Source: a virus (lineage: Duplodnaviria > Caudoviricetes). Taken from it: a stretch of 64,000 nucleotides of DNA. The position numbers and the translations under genes are program-made. The notes beneath the pieces are model-generated. The model had not been told where the DNA came from. It made no database searches and was given only the letters and a program-made list of their open reading frames with translations. Below, piece by piece: positions 1-8,711 of the stretch; position 1 is the first letter of the stretch; each line of letters begins with the position of its first letter. The stretch is taken from IMG/VR virus record IMGVR_UViG_3300020577_007013, one strand, 5' to 3'.

Positions 1-191
1 CATAAGTCAAGTATTTTCCGGTATTTATGAAGTGCTGCCGGACGTTATAGAGTCCACAATTATAGAGAGCTCTTGAATTGTAGCAGAGAAATTCCAGTAC
101 TTCAAATTCTTTTTTCGAGACTTTCTTAATTCGACAACTTAGTGTTTTGTACACATAAGTTAGTTATTTGAAGCCAAATAAAATTTATTTG

Positions 192-614
192 TTAATCTAT
201 TGACTTGAGGAACTCGATTACTTTAGAGAGGTGGCTTTCTACAGATTCTCTGTTATAACCTAGAAGATGAATTCCTAATCTGAAAGTGTAGTTTAGGTGT
301 CCTTCTTCTGAATAGTGAATCTCCATATTGTAGGGATGCACTTTAGTAAGTTTAGCATTTTTTGCAAAGACTTCCATTGCGAATGCTTTGTATGCAAAAA
401 TTATTTTAGCAGGATCAAGTGGAGAAGCAAAAGAGAGATAGGCGTGTGGATCTCCGTCATGTCCAATGCAACTCCAGACAGTTACGAAATTCTGAAGATG
501 ATTTATTTCAGAGAGATATGGAATTATTTCAAGATCGACTTCATTTTTAAAGATGGCAGTAACGAGCTTCTCTATTTGCTCTGATTTGTACCTGATGAAG
601 TCTTCAATTTTCAT
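192..614 (-). CDS. Hypothetical protein with TYW3/Taw3-like N-terminal motif
   Basis: EVDLEIIPYLSEINHLQNFVTVWSCIGH resembles the D..I..L...IN.....T.SSC.G motif of TYW3-like proteins. Confidence 0.4.
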   Translation of the reverse strand: MKIEDFIRYKSEQIEKLVTAIFKNEVDLEIIPYLSEINHLQNFVTVWSCIGHDGDPHAYLSFASPLDPAKIIFAYKAFAMEVFAKNAKLTKVHPYNMEIHYSEEGHLNYTFRLGIHLLGYNRESVESHLSKVIEFLKSID

Positions 615-939
615 TTAAGTCTTCAATGAGTTGATCGAGAGCTTTCTTATAATTTCTTATCGTGAGAATAGCAATCGTGAGAAAGATACTACAGAAAGCT
701 ATTCCTATACAAAGACCAGAGACAAGTCCAAGTTTAAAGTCAAGACTCACTTGGATTTCCTCTCACATTTGAATGTCAATGAGCCTCTAAATGGCTTGAT
801 ATCTTTCGATCCTTTAGTGGTGCATTGTTCAAAGGATCTGAAAGTAGAGTCATCATGGTAGACTTGATTCTTGCCATGAAAAACTTTCAGTGTGAATATG
901 AGAATCCATTCTGCCATTTGAGTCTCCTTTTTATTATTT

Positions 940-1016
940 TGGTGTCTCCGGCAGGATTCCAACCTGCGACCTGTCGATTAGAAATCGAATGTTCTATGCA
1001 GCTGAACTACGGAGAC
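940..1016 (-). tRNA. tRNA-Arg(TCT), CCA encoded
   Basis: Reverse complement folds as GTCTCCG TA GTTC AGCTGCATA GAAC A TTCGA TTTCTAA TCGAC AGGTC GCAGG TTGGAAT CCTGC CGGAGAC A CCA; A20 Arg identity element present. Confidence 0.93.
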
Positions 1017-1024
1017 TTTTTCTT

Positions 1025-2308
1025 TTACTCTTTCGGCGGATAACCAAGTGCTTCCACTAAGTCATTTACTTCTTTGAGTTGCTTGTCGATGTCTCTCTTA
1101 CTTGCTTCGAGAGATTCTTTTCTGTCGAGCAATTGAGTCAATTTTTCTGAAGCTTGCTTTACCTCAGCATTGTCTCTGTTCTGCTTGACCTTCTTTGCAG
1201 CTTCTTCGATGTTCTTAGCATCTAGTTGCTTGATTTCTTCTACTGTGTTCAACATGATTTTCTCCTCTTCTTTTATTTGTAAAACATTTGGTTGTGGACT
1301 TCCTGTAGCAATTTCTCCATGAAGTGGAAGTGTCTCAGAAATAGCTTCAACGTCTCCCCAAAAAGCTCCACTGTCTGAAGGATACTGATACCAGACTCCT
1401 TTCACTCTGTAGAACCAACTGTCGGGAAAACTGAAGAAGTTCTGAATCCTATATTTAATATCATTGTATACGTGAGATTCTCCTCCACCTGAAAATTTGA
1501 CTCGATGTCTCGATGGATCGATCACCTTCATCCAAGACGGATGTTCGGAGTTAAGTTTGACAAAGTCTCCGACTTCACAACGAAGTATACTGAAGTCCTT
1601 ACATTCGACGAGAGGGTATGGTTTCTTTTCTTGCATTTTAATGACTCCTACTATAAAGTCTCTGTGAATTGTGTATCCTTCTTTGATCGAGACAATTCCA
1701 TTACAGAGAAGATTTTTTACTTCTGCAGAATCGTTACCGTAATGTCTTTTTAAACCATTGTCGACTCGATTACTTCCTTGAAGAGTCTCTTTATAGTATC
1801 CTGTATAGTCGCATTTACTGTCAATGTATTCTGCTGTTGCAATCTTCAGTCGATTTCCAGGTTGTAGAGCATTGAATTCATCGTCAGAGATTGGAGTTAC
1901 TTCTACAGGTGGTATTGGTCTGTAGTCTCCAATGTGACATAGTGAGACTTGATTACTAAAGACAATACTTCCTTTTCGATCTTTGACAGTTATTGACGGA
2001 CGTTCACTCACAACTGTTTCTATTATAAACCATTCTCCTATGTAAGGAGTTAAGATACCTATAAGTGAGCTCCTCTTTTCATCGACAAGCTTTATCCAAT
2101 GACCTACATGCTTCTGTTCGAACAGAAGCGGTTTTGGCCAAGAGACAATGTCTTTTATTGATCTCCAATTGTGACGAGTAGCATGTCCATTCTCATGATT
2201 CCAAACGTATTCAGCATCTAAATGAGTGATCTCAATTGGAAAGTCTCTTGTATCAAGTTGAACTTTGCAACCGACTTTGAGGAGTTTTTCTATGTCTTCT
2301 ATCTTCAT
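1025..2308 (-). CDS. Hypothetical protein with C-terminal coiled coil
   Basis: 427-aa ORF; ATGA overlap with the upstream gene. Confidence 0.75.
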   Translation of the reverse strand: MKIEDIEKLLKVGCKVQLDTRDFPIEITHLDAEYVWNHENGHATRHNWRSIKDIVSWPKPLLFEQKHVGHWIKLVDEKRSSLIGILTPYIGEWFIIETVVSERPSITVKDRKGSIVFSNQVSLCHIGDYRPIPPVEVTPISDDEFNALQPGNRLKIATAEYIDSKCDYTGYYKETLQGSNRVDNGLKRHYGNDSAEVKNLLCNGIVSIKEGYTIHRDFIVGVIKMQEKKPYPLVECKDFSILRCEVGDFVKLNSEHPSWMKVIDPSRHRVKFSGGGESHVYNDIKYRIQNFFSFPDSWFYRVKGVWYQYPSDSGAFWGDVEAISETLPLHGEIATGSPQPNVLQIKEEEKIMLNTVEEIKQLDAKNIEEAAKKVKQNRDNAEVKQASEKLTQLLDRKESLEASKRDIDKQLKEVNDLVEALGYPPKE

Positions 2309-2688
2309 CCTAAAAGCCTCGCTAAGGAATTCTTGATTGTGTATTTCTTTTTAGGACTTTGCATATTGTCAAATGTATTGAAGTAGTCTCGACGCATTTC
2401 TTCTTCGGTTTTCTTTTTCTTCGTTTCTTTGGTTTTTTCTTTTCGTTTGGACTCTATTTCATGAAGCTCAAATTTTTCTTCAATGACCGACTCTTCGTCG
2501 AGAGTAATTTCTCTGAATTTTTGAAGAGTACACTGTTTGAGAGTCGAAATGATAGAGCCGAATTTTGCATCGATGCATCGACCTTGGAAAATGAAGACAG
2601 TATCTGCTATCATCTTCTTTTTGGAAGATATCACATAGTAGACACCTTTTCGAAGTGTCTTAAAATCTTCTGTCGATAGGTCTTTCAT
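2305..2688 (-). CDS. Hypothetical protein
   Basis: 127-aa ORF, translationally coupled to the next gene. Confidence 0.7.
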   Translation of the reverse strand: MKDLSTEDFKTLRKGVYYVISSKKKMIADTVFIFQGRCIDAKFGSIISTLKQCTLQKFREITLDEESVIEEKFELHEIESKRKEKTKETKKKKTEEEMRRDYFNTFDNMQSPKKKYTIKNSLARLLG

Positions 2689-2701
2689 TTTCTGCTTCTT
2701 A

Positions 2702-2846
2702 AGGAGCCTGTGAGATATAAGACTGATAGGGAGTTGGGGCCCATAGTCTTGCAGATGATATGTCAGTCAATGTTGGAATAGGGGCGAGGTGAGCCCAAAT
2801 GATTGACTGCTTTCCTAGTTTCACCTTAATTCTCTCACAGACTCCT
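2702..2846 (-). ncRNA. Putative structured ncRNA (multibranch, ~145 nt)
   Basis: 14-bp closing stem 2702-2715/2833-2846 (one G-U on the - strand); inner stems CAGTCAAT/ATTGACTG and AAGACT/AGTCTT; GC-richer intergenic DNA. Confidence 0.6.
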
Positions 2847-2863
2847 GAAGGAACAGAAGTCCT

Positions 2864-3307
2864 TCAATTTTTTGACAACAGACTGAAGTGTCCTCTTTTC
2901 TTCGGTTGTACTTTCAGAACAGGAGATGGTGTGTATGAAGACTGTTGAACAGCTTCAACTGGTTCTGGACGACGACGTCTCTTAGAAGACCGATGATGAA
3001 TTTCAATTCCGAACTTCTTAGCGGTGTTGTAGAATAGAGAGAGTTCTGAAGTAGACTTAAAAAAGTCGATCACCTTATGTTTTGGATTCTCCATGAACTT
3101 TTCAAACTTACGTGCAGTTTGACGAATTGTCTCTGCAGTATGTTTGCGGTTCGTTCTCGGATATTTGAATCCGTTGCTCTGGATAAGGTAGAAAAGATTG
3201 TTTCGAGTGACTTTGTTTTTCTTACAAAACTCATCAATCGTTTGCTTTCCTACTTTCCTGCTCTTAACGAATTTTTTGTAAAGCGATTTTGCATTTTGTT
3301 TTTTCAT
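2864..3307 (-). CDS. Basic protein, possible helix-turn-helix DNA binder
   Basis: 147 aa, Lys/Arg-rich; TIDEFCKKNKVTRNNLFYL is HTH-like. Confidence 0.5.
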   Translation of the reverse strand: MKKQNAKSLYKKFVKSRKVGKQTIDEFCKKNKVTRNNLFYLIQSNGFKYPRTNRKHTAETIRQTARKFEKFMENPKHKVIDFFKSTSELSLFYNTAKKFGIEIHHRSSKRRRRPEPVEAVQQSSYTPSPVLKVQPKKRGHFSLLSKN

Positions 3308-3372
3308 GAATATTTATAATAAGCTTCGAGAGACTCGACTTACGAAATTTTTCCTGAAGGGACTAACTCCCT

Positions 3373-4137
3373 ATGAAAAGGATTCTCCTGTTCTTCTCTA
3401 TTGTGCTTTCTATTAAAGCTTCTCCGAAAATTGTAGCAATTGCATTAGACGGTGTAAATGAAGAAGAAGGAATAAGAGAAAAGCTAATGAAATTCGGTAA
3501 GTATTACAAATACTGGTTCGGTAAATTGAAACAATGTAGAGTAGAAAGAACCGGAAATATGAGTCTTCCGGCTTATGCAAATTTTTTATCAGGTACCTCC
3601 AATCACAATGTTAAGTCCAATGATGTAGATGAGAAGATTAATAGGAAGACTTTACTCGATCTCTTTCCTAACAGTCAATTGTTCTCTGCATGGAGTCCTA
3701 TTCTCTATGTGGTGGGAGAATCAGAAGATAATGCTCATATGACTTCAGCAGAGTTTTACCCAAGAAAAGGAGATGATAGAGACATCTTAGAGAATTTCAA
3801 GAAAAAATACAATAGACAACAATTTGCTTTTATACATTTTTCTGACGGAGATAATTTCGCTCACTCTATGATGTATGAGAAATACAGAAAAGCTGTCAAT
3901 AAAGAAGTGAGATATGTGAAAGAGATCATCGACTTTGTTGAAGATGATACAACCGTAATAGCTTTCACAGACCATGGAAGAGGTCTTGGACATGATTGGA
4001 CTTCACATGGAGATTGGTTAGACGAGTCCGGAGATATCTGGATGGTGGTCTATTCTAAGAATAAACTCGATCTATCAAAATTCAAATGTGGACATGTAGA
4101 ATTGCATCATCTGATCAAGTCGATTTTAAACCGTTAA
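3373..4137 (+). CDS. Alkaline phosphatase-superfamily metalloenzyme with signal peptide
   Basis: IALDG, SLPAY, HFSDGDNFAH and FTDHGRG..HG motifs; hydrophobic N-terminus. Confidence 0.8.
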   Translation: MKRILLFFSIVLSIKASPKIVAIALDGVNEEEGIREKLMKFGKYYKYWFGKLKQCRVERTGNMSLPAYANFLSGTSNHNVKSNDVDEKINRKTLLDLFPNSQLFSAWSPILYVVGESEDNAHMTSAEFYPRKGDDRDILENFKKKYNRQQFAFIHFSDGDNFAHSMMYEKYRKAVNKEVRYVKEIIDFVEDDTTVIAFTDHGRGLGHDWTSHGDWLDESGDIWMVVYSKNKLDLSKFKCGHVELHHLIKSILNR

Positions 4138-4547
4138 TCAAAAAAGTCATCTTCGTAGCAGTGCTTTTTTACAAGTCTCTTAAGTTTGAAGAAACTGAAA
4201 AAGTTTAGATGCCCTTTGAGTGGACCAGCATTGAGGAATTTGAGAAGTAGATTGCAATATTTGAGATGTCGATTTCCTTTTTTAATGAAGTAGCTTACTT
4301 GCTTATTCTTTTCTTCAAGGTCCTTAACTATCGCTTCTAATTCTTTGTCGGTGAGTTTTCCATGATTCTCAGTCATGGTTAAGAGAGTCTCTATTGCGTC
4401 TTTCACCTTGAGTGTGATTGTGTGACCGACCCATTCTGCCTTGACTTTATGCCTTTCGATGTGTTTAATGAGAGCGCACTTATAATATGTCTCTATGTAC
4501 AGGAACACTCCTAAAACTATGAGAATTGTGCCAATAATCAAGCTCAT
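4134..4547 (-). CDS. Membrane-anchored hypothetical protein
   Basis: N-terminal transmembrane helix; 137 aa. Confidence 0.65.
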   Translation of the reverse strand: MSLIIGTILIVLGVFLYIETYYKCALIKHIERHKVKAEWVGHTITLKVKDAIETLLTMTENHGKLTDKELEAIVKDLEEKNKQVSYFIKKGNRHLKYCNLLLKFLNAGPLKGHLNFFSFFKLKRLVKKHCYEDDFFD

Positions 4548-4921
4548 TTTCTTTTCGAAAGCTCAGTAGAGATTTGATCTCGAGAAAAAACTAAGAATTT
4601 TCCTGACTCTAAGAACTTGTCGTAATTGTCAAGCCAGGATTGAAGAGTCTTTTTTCTAGTACAACGTAGTGTCGCACTTATTCCCATCAAAGATCTTCTT
4701 TCTTTTTGAATAATTTTACGCATTGGATGGTACCATCATTTCATGAAGTCTTGCAGCAGCACATGAAAAGTCTCTTATCTTCATTGTCTCTTCTGATGTA
4801 GGACAAATTTTAGATTTAAAAGAGCATCTTTCAGTGAAAGGACAGATTGTATTTTTTGGAATTTTACCTTCAGACAAGAGATTCATGTTTAGATATATAA
4901 GAAACGTGAGTATTCCAATTG

Positions 4922-5227
4922 CTATTTCTTCTTATTATTGAGAAGCTTCCACAGACCTTCAAGAATATCGATATTTTGAATTCCTTCGAAGTATTCGCTA
5001 TCTTCTTTCAGCCAAGTATTTACAGACTCGAGTTTCTTCTGATCTGATTTTTCATTCTTAGTGTTGGAGTAAATTATCTTAAGCTCTTCTCCTAATACCA
5101 AAAGACGGGGAAGCTTTACCCTAACAACAGTTCCGTCAATAGTTGAGAGAACGAAATGAGGTTGTAGATCAGACTTCTGAACTGAAATTAAAAGTTTTCC
5201 GATTCTGCCAATTTCGATAATTTCCAT
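4922..5227 (-). CDS. Hypothetical protein
   Basis: 101-aa ORF within the gene run. Confidence 0.6.
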   Translation of the reverse strand: MEIIEIGRIGKLLISVQKSDLQPHFVLSTIDGTVVRVKLPRLLVLGEELKIIYSNTKNEKSDQKKLESVNTWLKEDSEYFEGIQNIDILEGLWKLLNNKKK

Positions 5228-5228
5228 A

Positions 5229-5627
5229 TTAGTTCAGTATGTCCAAAAGTTTCTCTCTATATCTGTTGTCTCTTTTCATGTAGAATGGACTTATCTCTAT
5301 GGCTCTGAATCCTTCAGGAAGTTCAAAGTCATACTCTACTAAGTCAAGATCTTTCTTTTTCTTGAGAATCAGTTGTATGAATTCCTCTTCCTCAATGCCT
5401 TCGTAGTTATTTGTGGAAGTGACAAGAAAAGTTGACTTATCTTCTGTAGTGAAAATGGTATTGTTTTGGTAGAAATCTCCAAATCCTATGTTCTGTCTAA
5501 ATCTCGTTGCATAGAAAAAGAGTTTAGGATTATCTCTGAATTTGAACTTAAGACATGAGCAGTCAGCAATTGATCCTTGATATCTTCTTACATCTATACA
5601 TTGAACAAATCCAGAAAGGTCACGCAT
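5229..5627 (-). CDS. Hypothetical protein with the shared C-terminal tag
   Basis: 132 aa; ends RYREKLLDILN. Confidence 0.7.
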   Translation of the reverse strand: MRDLSGFVQCIDVRRYQGSIADCSCLKFKFRDNPKLFFYATRFRQNIGFGDFYQNNTIFTTEDKSTFLVTSTNNYEGIEEEEFIQLILKKKKDLDLVEYDFELPEGFRAIEISPFYMKRDNRYREKLLDILN

Positions 5628-6081
5628 CTTTTACCAACTCCATGACTTTATGATGGTAAGAAATTGGAAGAAGCAATTTGTTGATAGGAAAAATCTGAAA
5701 TCCTTGAGACTCAATCTCCTTGTCAAGATTCTTTGCTCCTCTCATATAAGGATCTTTGATAATGGAAGCAACTTTTGTAAAGTCTGTAAAGCTGACATGA
5801 CTGGAAATAAAGATTCCTTCTTTGGTTACTCCCACTGAAGTGACTGAGATTTTGAGAGAAGATCCTAATGTGTCAAATGGTTCGCAGATCACAAGATAGT
5901 TTTTCAATTGTCTGAAGTCTGGATGATTGACAGGTTGATCTGTAAAAGAGTATCTCCCAAAATCAACTGCAAACTCCTTGAATTTATTGTCTGTTTGAAA
6001 TTCTTTGGATTGAAAATGATTCGGGAAAAAATACTTCTCCAGTACTTTTTCAAGAATGTCAAGTACTAGAGTTGGGTTCAT
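5620..6081 (-). CDS. Hypothetical protein with the shared C-terminal tag
   Basis: 153 aa; ends SYHHKVMELVKDA. Confidence 0.7.
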   Translation of the reverse strand: MNPTLVLDILEKVLEKYFFPNHFQSKEFQTDNKFKEFAVDFGRYSFTDQPVNHPDFRQLKNYLVICEPFDTLGSSLKISVTSVGVTKEGIFISSHVSFTDFTKVASIIKDPYMRGAKNLDKEIESQGFQIFPINKLLLPISYHHKVMELVKDA

Positions 6082-6084
6082 TTG

Positions 6085-7098
6085 TTATAGTCTCTTTGTT
6101 CTTTTCTTCTTAAAACAATTTGCATTGTAAAAGTCTGTCATATTCTTTCTCATCCAAGCAGCAGGACTCTGTATTTCGTTATCTAAGACTTTCCTTAATT
6201 TAGGAATCCATCCTAGCTTAGAAAAGTCTATTCCAGAATTTAGAATCTTAGATTCCAGTCTCTTGATTTTTTCATACTTAAGTTTTTTATTCTCTTGTCT
6301 TTTATGTAGTTTTCTTCCTCTACAAGTTCCTAGTCTTTGTTTTTCTATGATCTCCTGAATATCATATTTAATTGACTTTTTTTCTTTCTCTTTTAGAAAA
6401 TTCAAGAACTTTTGAAATTCTTCATTGGGATTTTTATAAAAATTTACTCCAGCAATTCTGTAAATTATCCATCCGTCTGACTCTAACTCTAAGTCTCTTT
6501 TTTCATCATGAAGAATTTGTTTTTCCTTTAAATGCTGTTTTCCGTCCATCTCTAAGTCGATCTTAAATTCTAGAATAGCAAAGTCTAGAAAGTATCTCCC
6601 ACATCTGAATTGAAAGACATGATCTATTTTATTTTGAATAAGAAGAGACTCTAAGATTGATTCCAATCTAGACTTATTATTTATCATTTTCTTAGAATGA
6701 TACCAATTATTTCCTCTCCCTTCTCTATGAGCTTTTTTATGAGACTCTGAGAGTCTTCTTTTTGTCTCGTCACTTTTTGATAATTTTCTAGTAGGATTCT
6801 CTATCCAATTTTTTTTAAGTGACTCACTAAGCTTCTTTTTGATAAGGTCAGATTTCTCTTTTCCGTAAAATTCTTCCATAGAAAGTCCTTTTCTGGACTT
6901 AATCTGAATTCCGAGTCTTTCAAAATATTCTTTTTTTCTCCTTTTAGGAAATTTTCCTTTACAAGACTTTGAATGTATTGCCCTATTATGCTTTATCAGA
7001 AAATTACATTTCAGACATTTCCAATCTTCTGTGTAGAGATGTCTGTATTCGTCTTGTCTTTTTTCTCTTAGTTGTGTCCTTTTATTTCCAGATTGCAT
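6085..7098 (-). CDS. Free-standing homing-endonuclease-like protein (NUMOD3-like repeat plus DUF559/Vsr-like PD-(D/E)xK domain)
   Basis: SDETKRRLSESHKK; YFLDFAILEFKIDLEMDGKQH...DEKRDLELESDGWIIYRI. Confidence 0.8.
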   Translation of the reverse strand: MQSGNKRTQLREKRQDEYRHLYTEDWKCLKCNFLIKHNRAIHSKSCKGKFPKRRKKEYFERLGIQIKSRKGLSMEEFYGKEKSDLIKKKLSESLKKNWIENPTRKLSKSDETKRRLSESHKKAHREGRGNNWYHSKKMINNKSRLESILESLLIQNKIDHVFQFRCGRYFLDFAILEFKIDLEMDGKQHLKEKQILHDEKRDLELESDGWIIYRIAGVNFYKNPNEEFQKFLNFLKEKEKKSIKYDIQEIIEKQRLGTCRGRKLHKRQENKKLKYEKIKRLESKILNSGIDFSKLGWIPKLRKVLDNEIQSPAAWMRKNMTDFYNANCFKKKRTKRL

Positions 7099-7122
7099 TG
7101 TTTATTAAGTTATAGTAGTATA

Positions 7123-7160
7123 AAACGAGGCCCTAAGATATAGCTTTGTACCAGGGCCTC
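7123..7160 (-). terminator. Rho-independent terminator ending the ncRNA
   Basis: GAGGCCCT...AGGGCCTC followed by GTTTT on the - strand. Confidence 0.6.
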
Positions 7161-7605
7161 AACCATTTCCATGGTCATAGGCAATTAATGAGATAACTTT
7201 TCCATTTAACTGTAAGCTAATTTTTATTAGAGACGTCATAGCATTCGACTATTTCGGCCCTCATACAACAATGGGACTTATTGTATCAGGCGCCGAAATT
7301 GGGAGTTCAACCCAAACCTTCTCTTGATTTGTCTTACAGACTCGATTTATCTCTACCTACTATACTAAGATTAGGGTGAATAATCTGAGTTTCATAAAGT
7401 CCATCAACCATTTCTGATTGACGCGTTTACCTTTCGCCATCTCCACGTTCAGAATACCTTTTTCAGATACTCTCAGCGTGGAGACCTCTTTTGACAGAGG
7501 AAGGACTTTTTAATTCAGTCTTATTTTCAATCTTAGTCTGGGCGACGGTTCCTATGAACCGTCTCACCCTTTGCTCAACCTAGATAGCGAATCTAGTTGA
7601 GCTAA
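7123..7605 (-). ncRNA. Large structured ncRNA with two circularly permuted tRNA-like (Y-RNA-like) domains
   Basis: ~490 nt ORF-free region packed with stems; T-arm, loop-closed acceptor, D-arm order at 7229-7324 and 7396-7509. Confidence 0.75.
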
Positions 7606-7610
7606 TTTTC

Positions 7611-8339
7611 TCATCCGAAGATGAACTTCATTATGTCATTTCCAATTGTAGATCTTTCAACCTCAACTGAATTTGCTTCCTCTCTCGCAACCTTGACAGC
7701 TTTAGAAAGCTTGTCAATTTTATTTAAGAGGTCATTCTTTCTGTCCTGAGTTGTCGTACCAGAAAAACGAATTGTTGTGAACTGACCGACCACTTCGTCT
7801 CTGTAGAGAATTTCTGATTGTTCAGGATGTTTGTCAGTAGCTTTAGCTTTTGTAAAACTGAAAGGTTGCTTTAACGTTCTGTTTGTGCTTCTACCTTCAG
7901 TTTTGAAAAGACCACCGTCTCCTAAAGTCCATTTTTCAGCAGGATCTTGAACTGGGAATTTGTCGACAAAGGTCTTCAGATCTACCAACTGCTTCTCTAA
8001 GAAGATCAGATGAGTTGCAGGAACATCAGAAGCAATTACAGTACCGTCTACTGTAATGTTAGCTTTCGCTTTACAGTTTCCGTTATCGAGAGTTGCGACA
8101 ATGTTGATCAGATCGACAGTAGAGTCGTATGCATCTTTAATAGATTGCTCTACTGTGTACTGAACGATCTTAGACTCCGGTGGAAGAGTATCTTTCGAGT
8201 CGTCTGCTAAGGGCTTGTAAGTCTTATTGAATCCTTCGAAAAGATCTGATTTTTGGAGTTTGTGATACACCTCAGAGATCTTCGAAGTTCTTCTTGATTT
8301 TTCACCATTTGCAATGGCGATTACTTGTGTTAATTTCAT
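7611..8339 (-). CDS. Conserved uncharacterised coiled-coil protein, putative ncRNA partner
   Basis: KLTQVIA, TYKP...LPPE, VPATHLIFLEKQL, ATDKHPEQ, FSG and AREEAN match a widespread bacterial/phage hypothetical family (recognised from memory). Confidence 0.8.
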   Translation of the reverse strand: MKLTQVIAIANGEKSRRTSKISEVYHKLQKSDLFEGFNKTYKPLADDSKDTLPPESKIVQYTVEQSIKDAYDSTVDLINIVATLDNGNCKAKANITVDGTVIASDVPATHLIFLEKQLVDLKTFVDKFPVQDPAEKWTLGDGGLFKTEGRSTNRTLKQPFSFTKAKATDKHPEQSEILYRDEVVGQFTTIRFSGTTTQDRKNDLLNKIDKLSKAVKVAREEANSVEVERSTIGNDIMKFIFG

Positions 8340-8361
8340 AGTAAATAAATATATTTGACTT

Positions 8362-8574
8362 TCAGATCTCTGAAACTATTTGTCGAATTTTCTCTTTATA
8401 GAGAACTTCGGTGCTCGTCTCTTCCTTAGTTCTGACTATGGTGACTTTAGGCCATTCATAAGAGAGGCTTCCTCTATTGATACTAGAGGCTCCGATTCTG
8501 ACTATTTTCAATACGTTTTCAGGCATTATCTGAAAGTTAGATTTAATGAATTCTTCTGAGAACATATTCCTCAT
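8362..8574 (-). CDS. Mini-protein: copy of MCP residues ~75-114 plus C-terminal tag
   Basis: 22/40 identical to the MCP at 41577-43067. Confidence 0.85.
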   Translation of the reverse strand: MRNMFSEEFIKSNFQIMPENVLKIVRIGASSINRGSLSYEWPKVTIVRTKEETSTEVLYKEKIRQIVSEI

Positions 8575-8711
8575 TTCTCGTCGACTATCTTTTTGATTTT
8601 CTCTTTAAAATCATTTTCTACTTTGCTAGGTTTTTTCTCTTTAGGATCCAGACTATCATTGTCATTAGCCTTAATCCATTTCATAAAGTCTACGAATGTG
8701 TTAAGCCTCAT
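8571..8711 (-). CDS. 46-aa mini-protein with C-terminal tag (not in ORF track)
   Basis: MRLNTFVDFMKWIKANDNDSLDPKEKKPSKVENDFKEKIKKIVDEK; overlaps both neighbours. Confidence 0.75.
   Translation of the reverse strand: MRLNTFVDFMKWIKANDNDSLDPKEKKPSKVENDFKEKIKKIVDEK

Noticed and set aside
7229-7509. Ordinary tRNA genes or a group I intron
   Set aside because: Arm order is permuted, with no anticodon loop or CCA end. The flanking genes are complete and I see no group I core.
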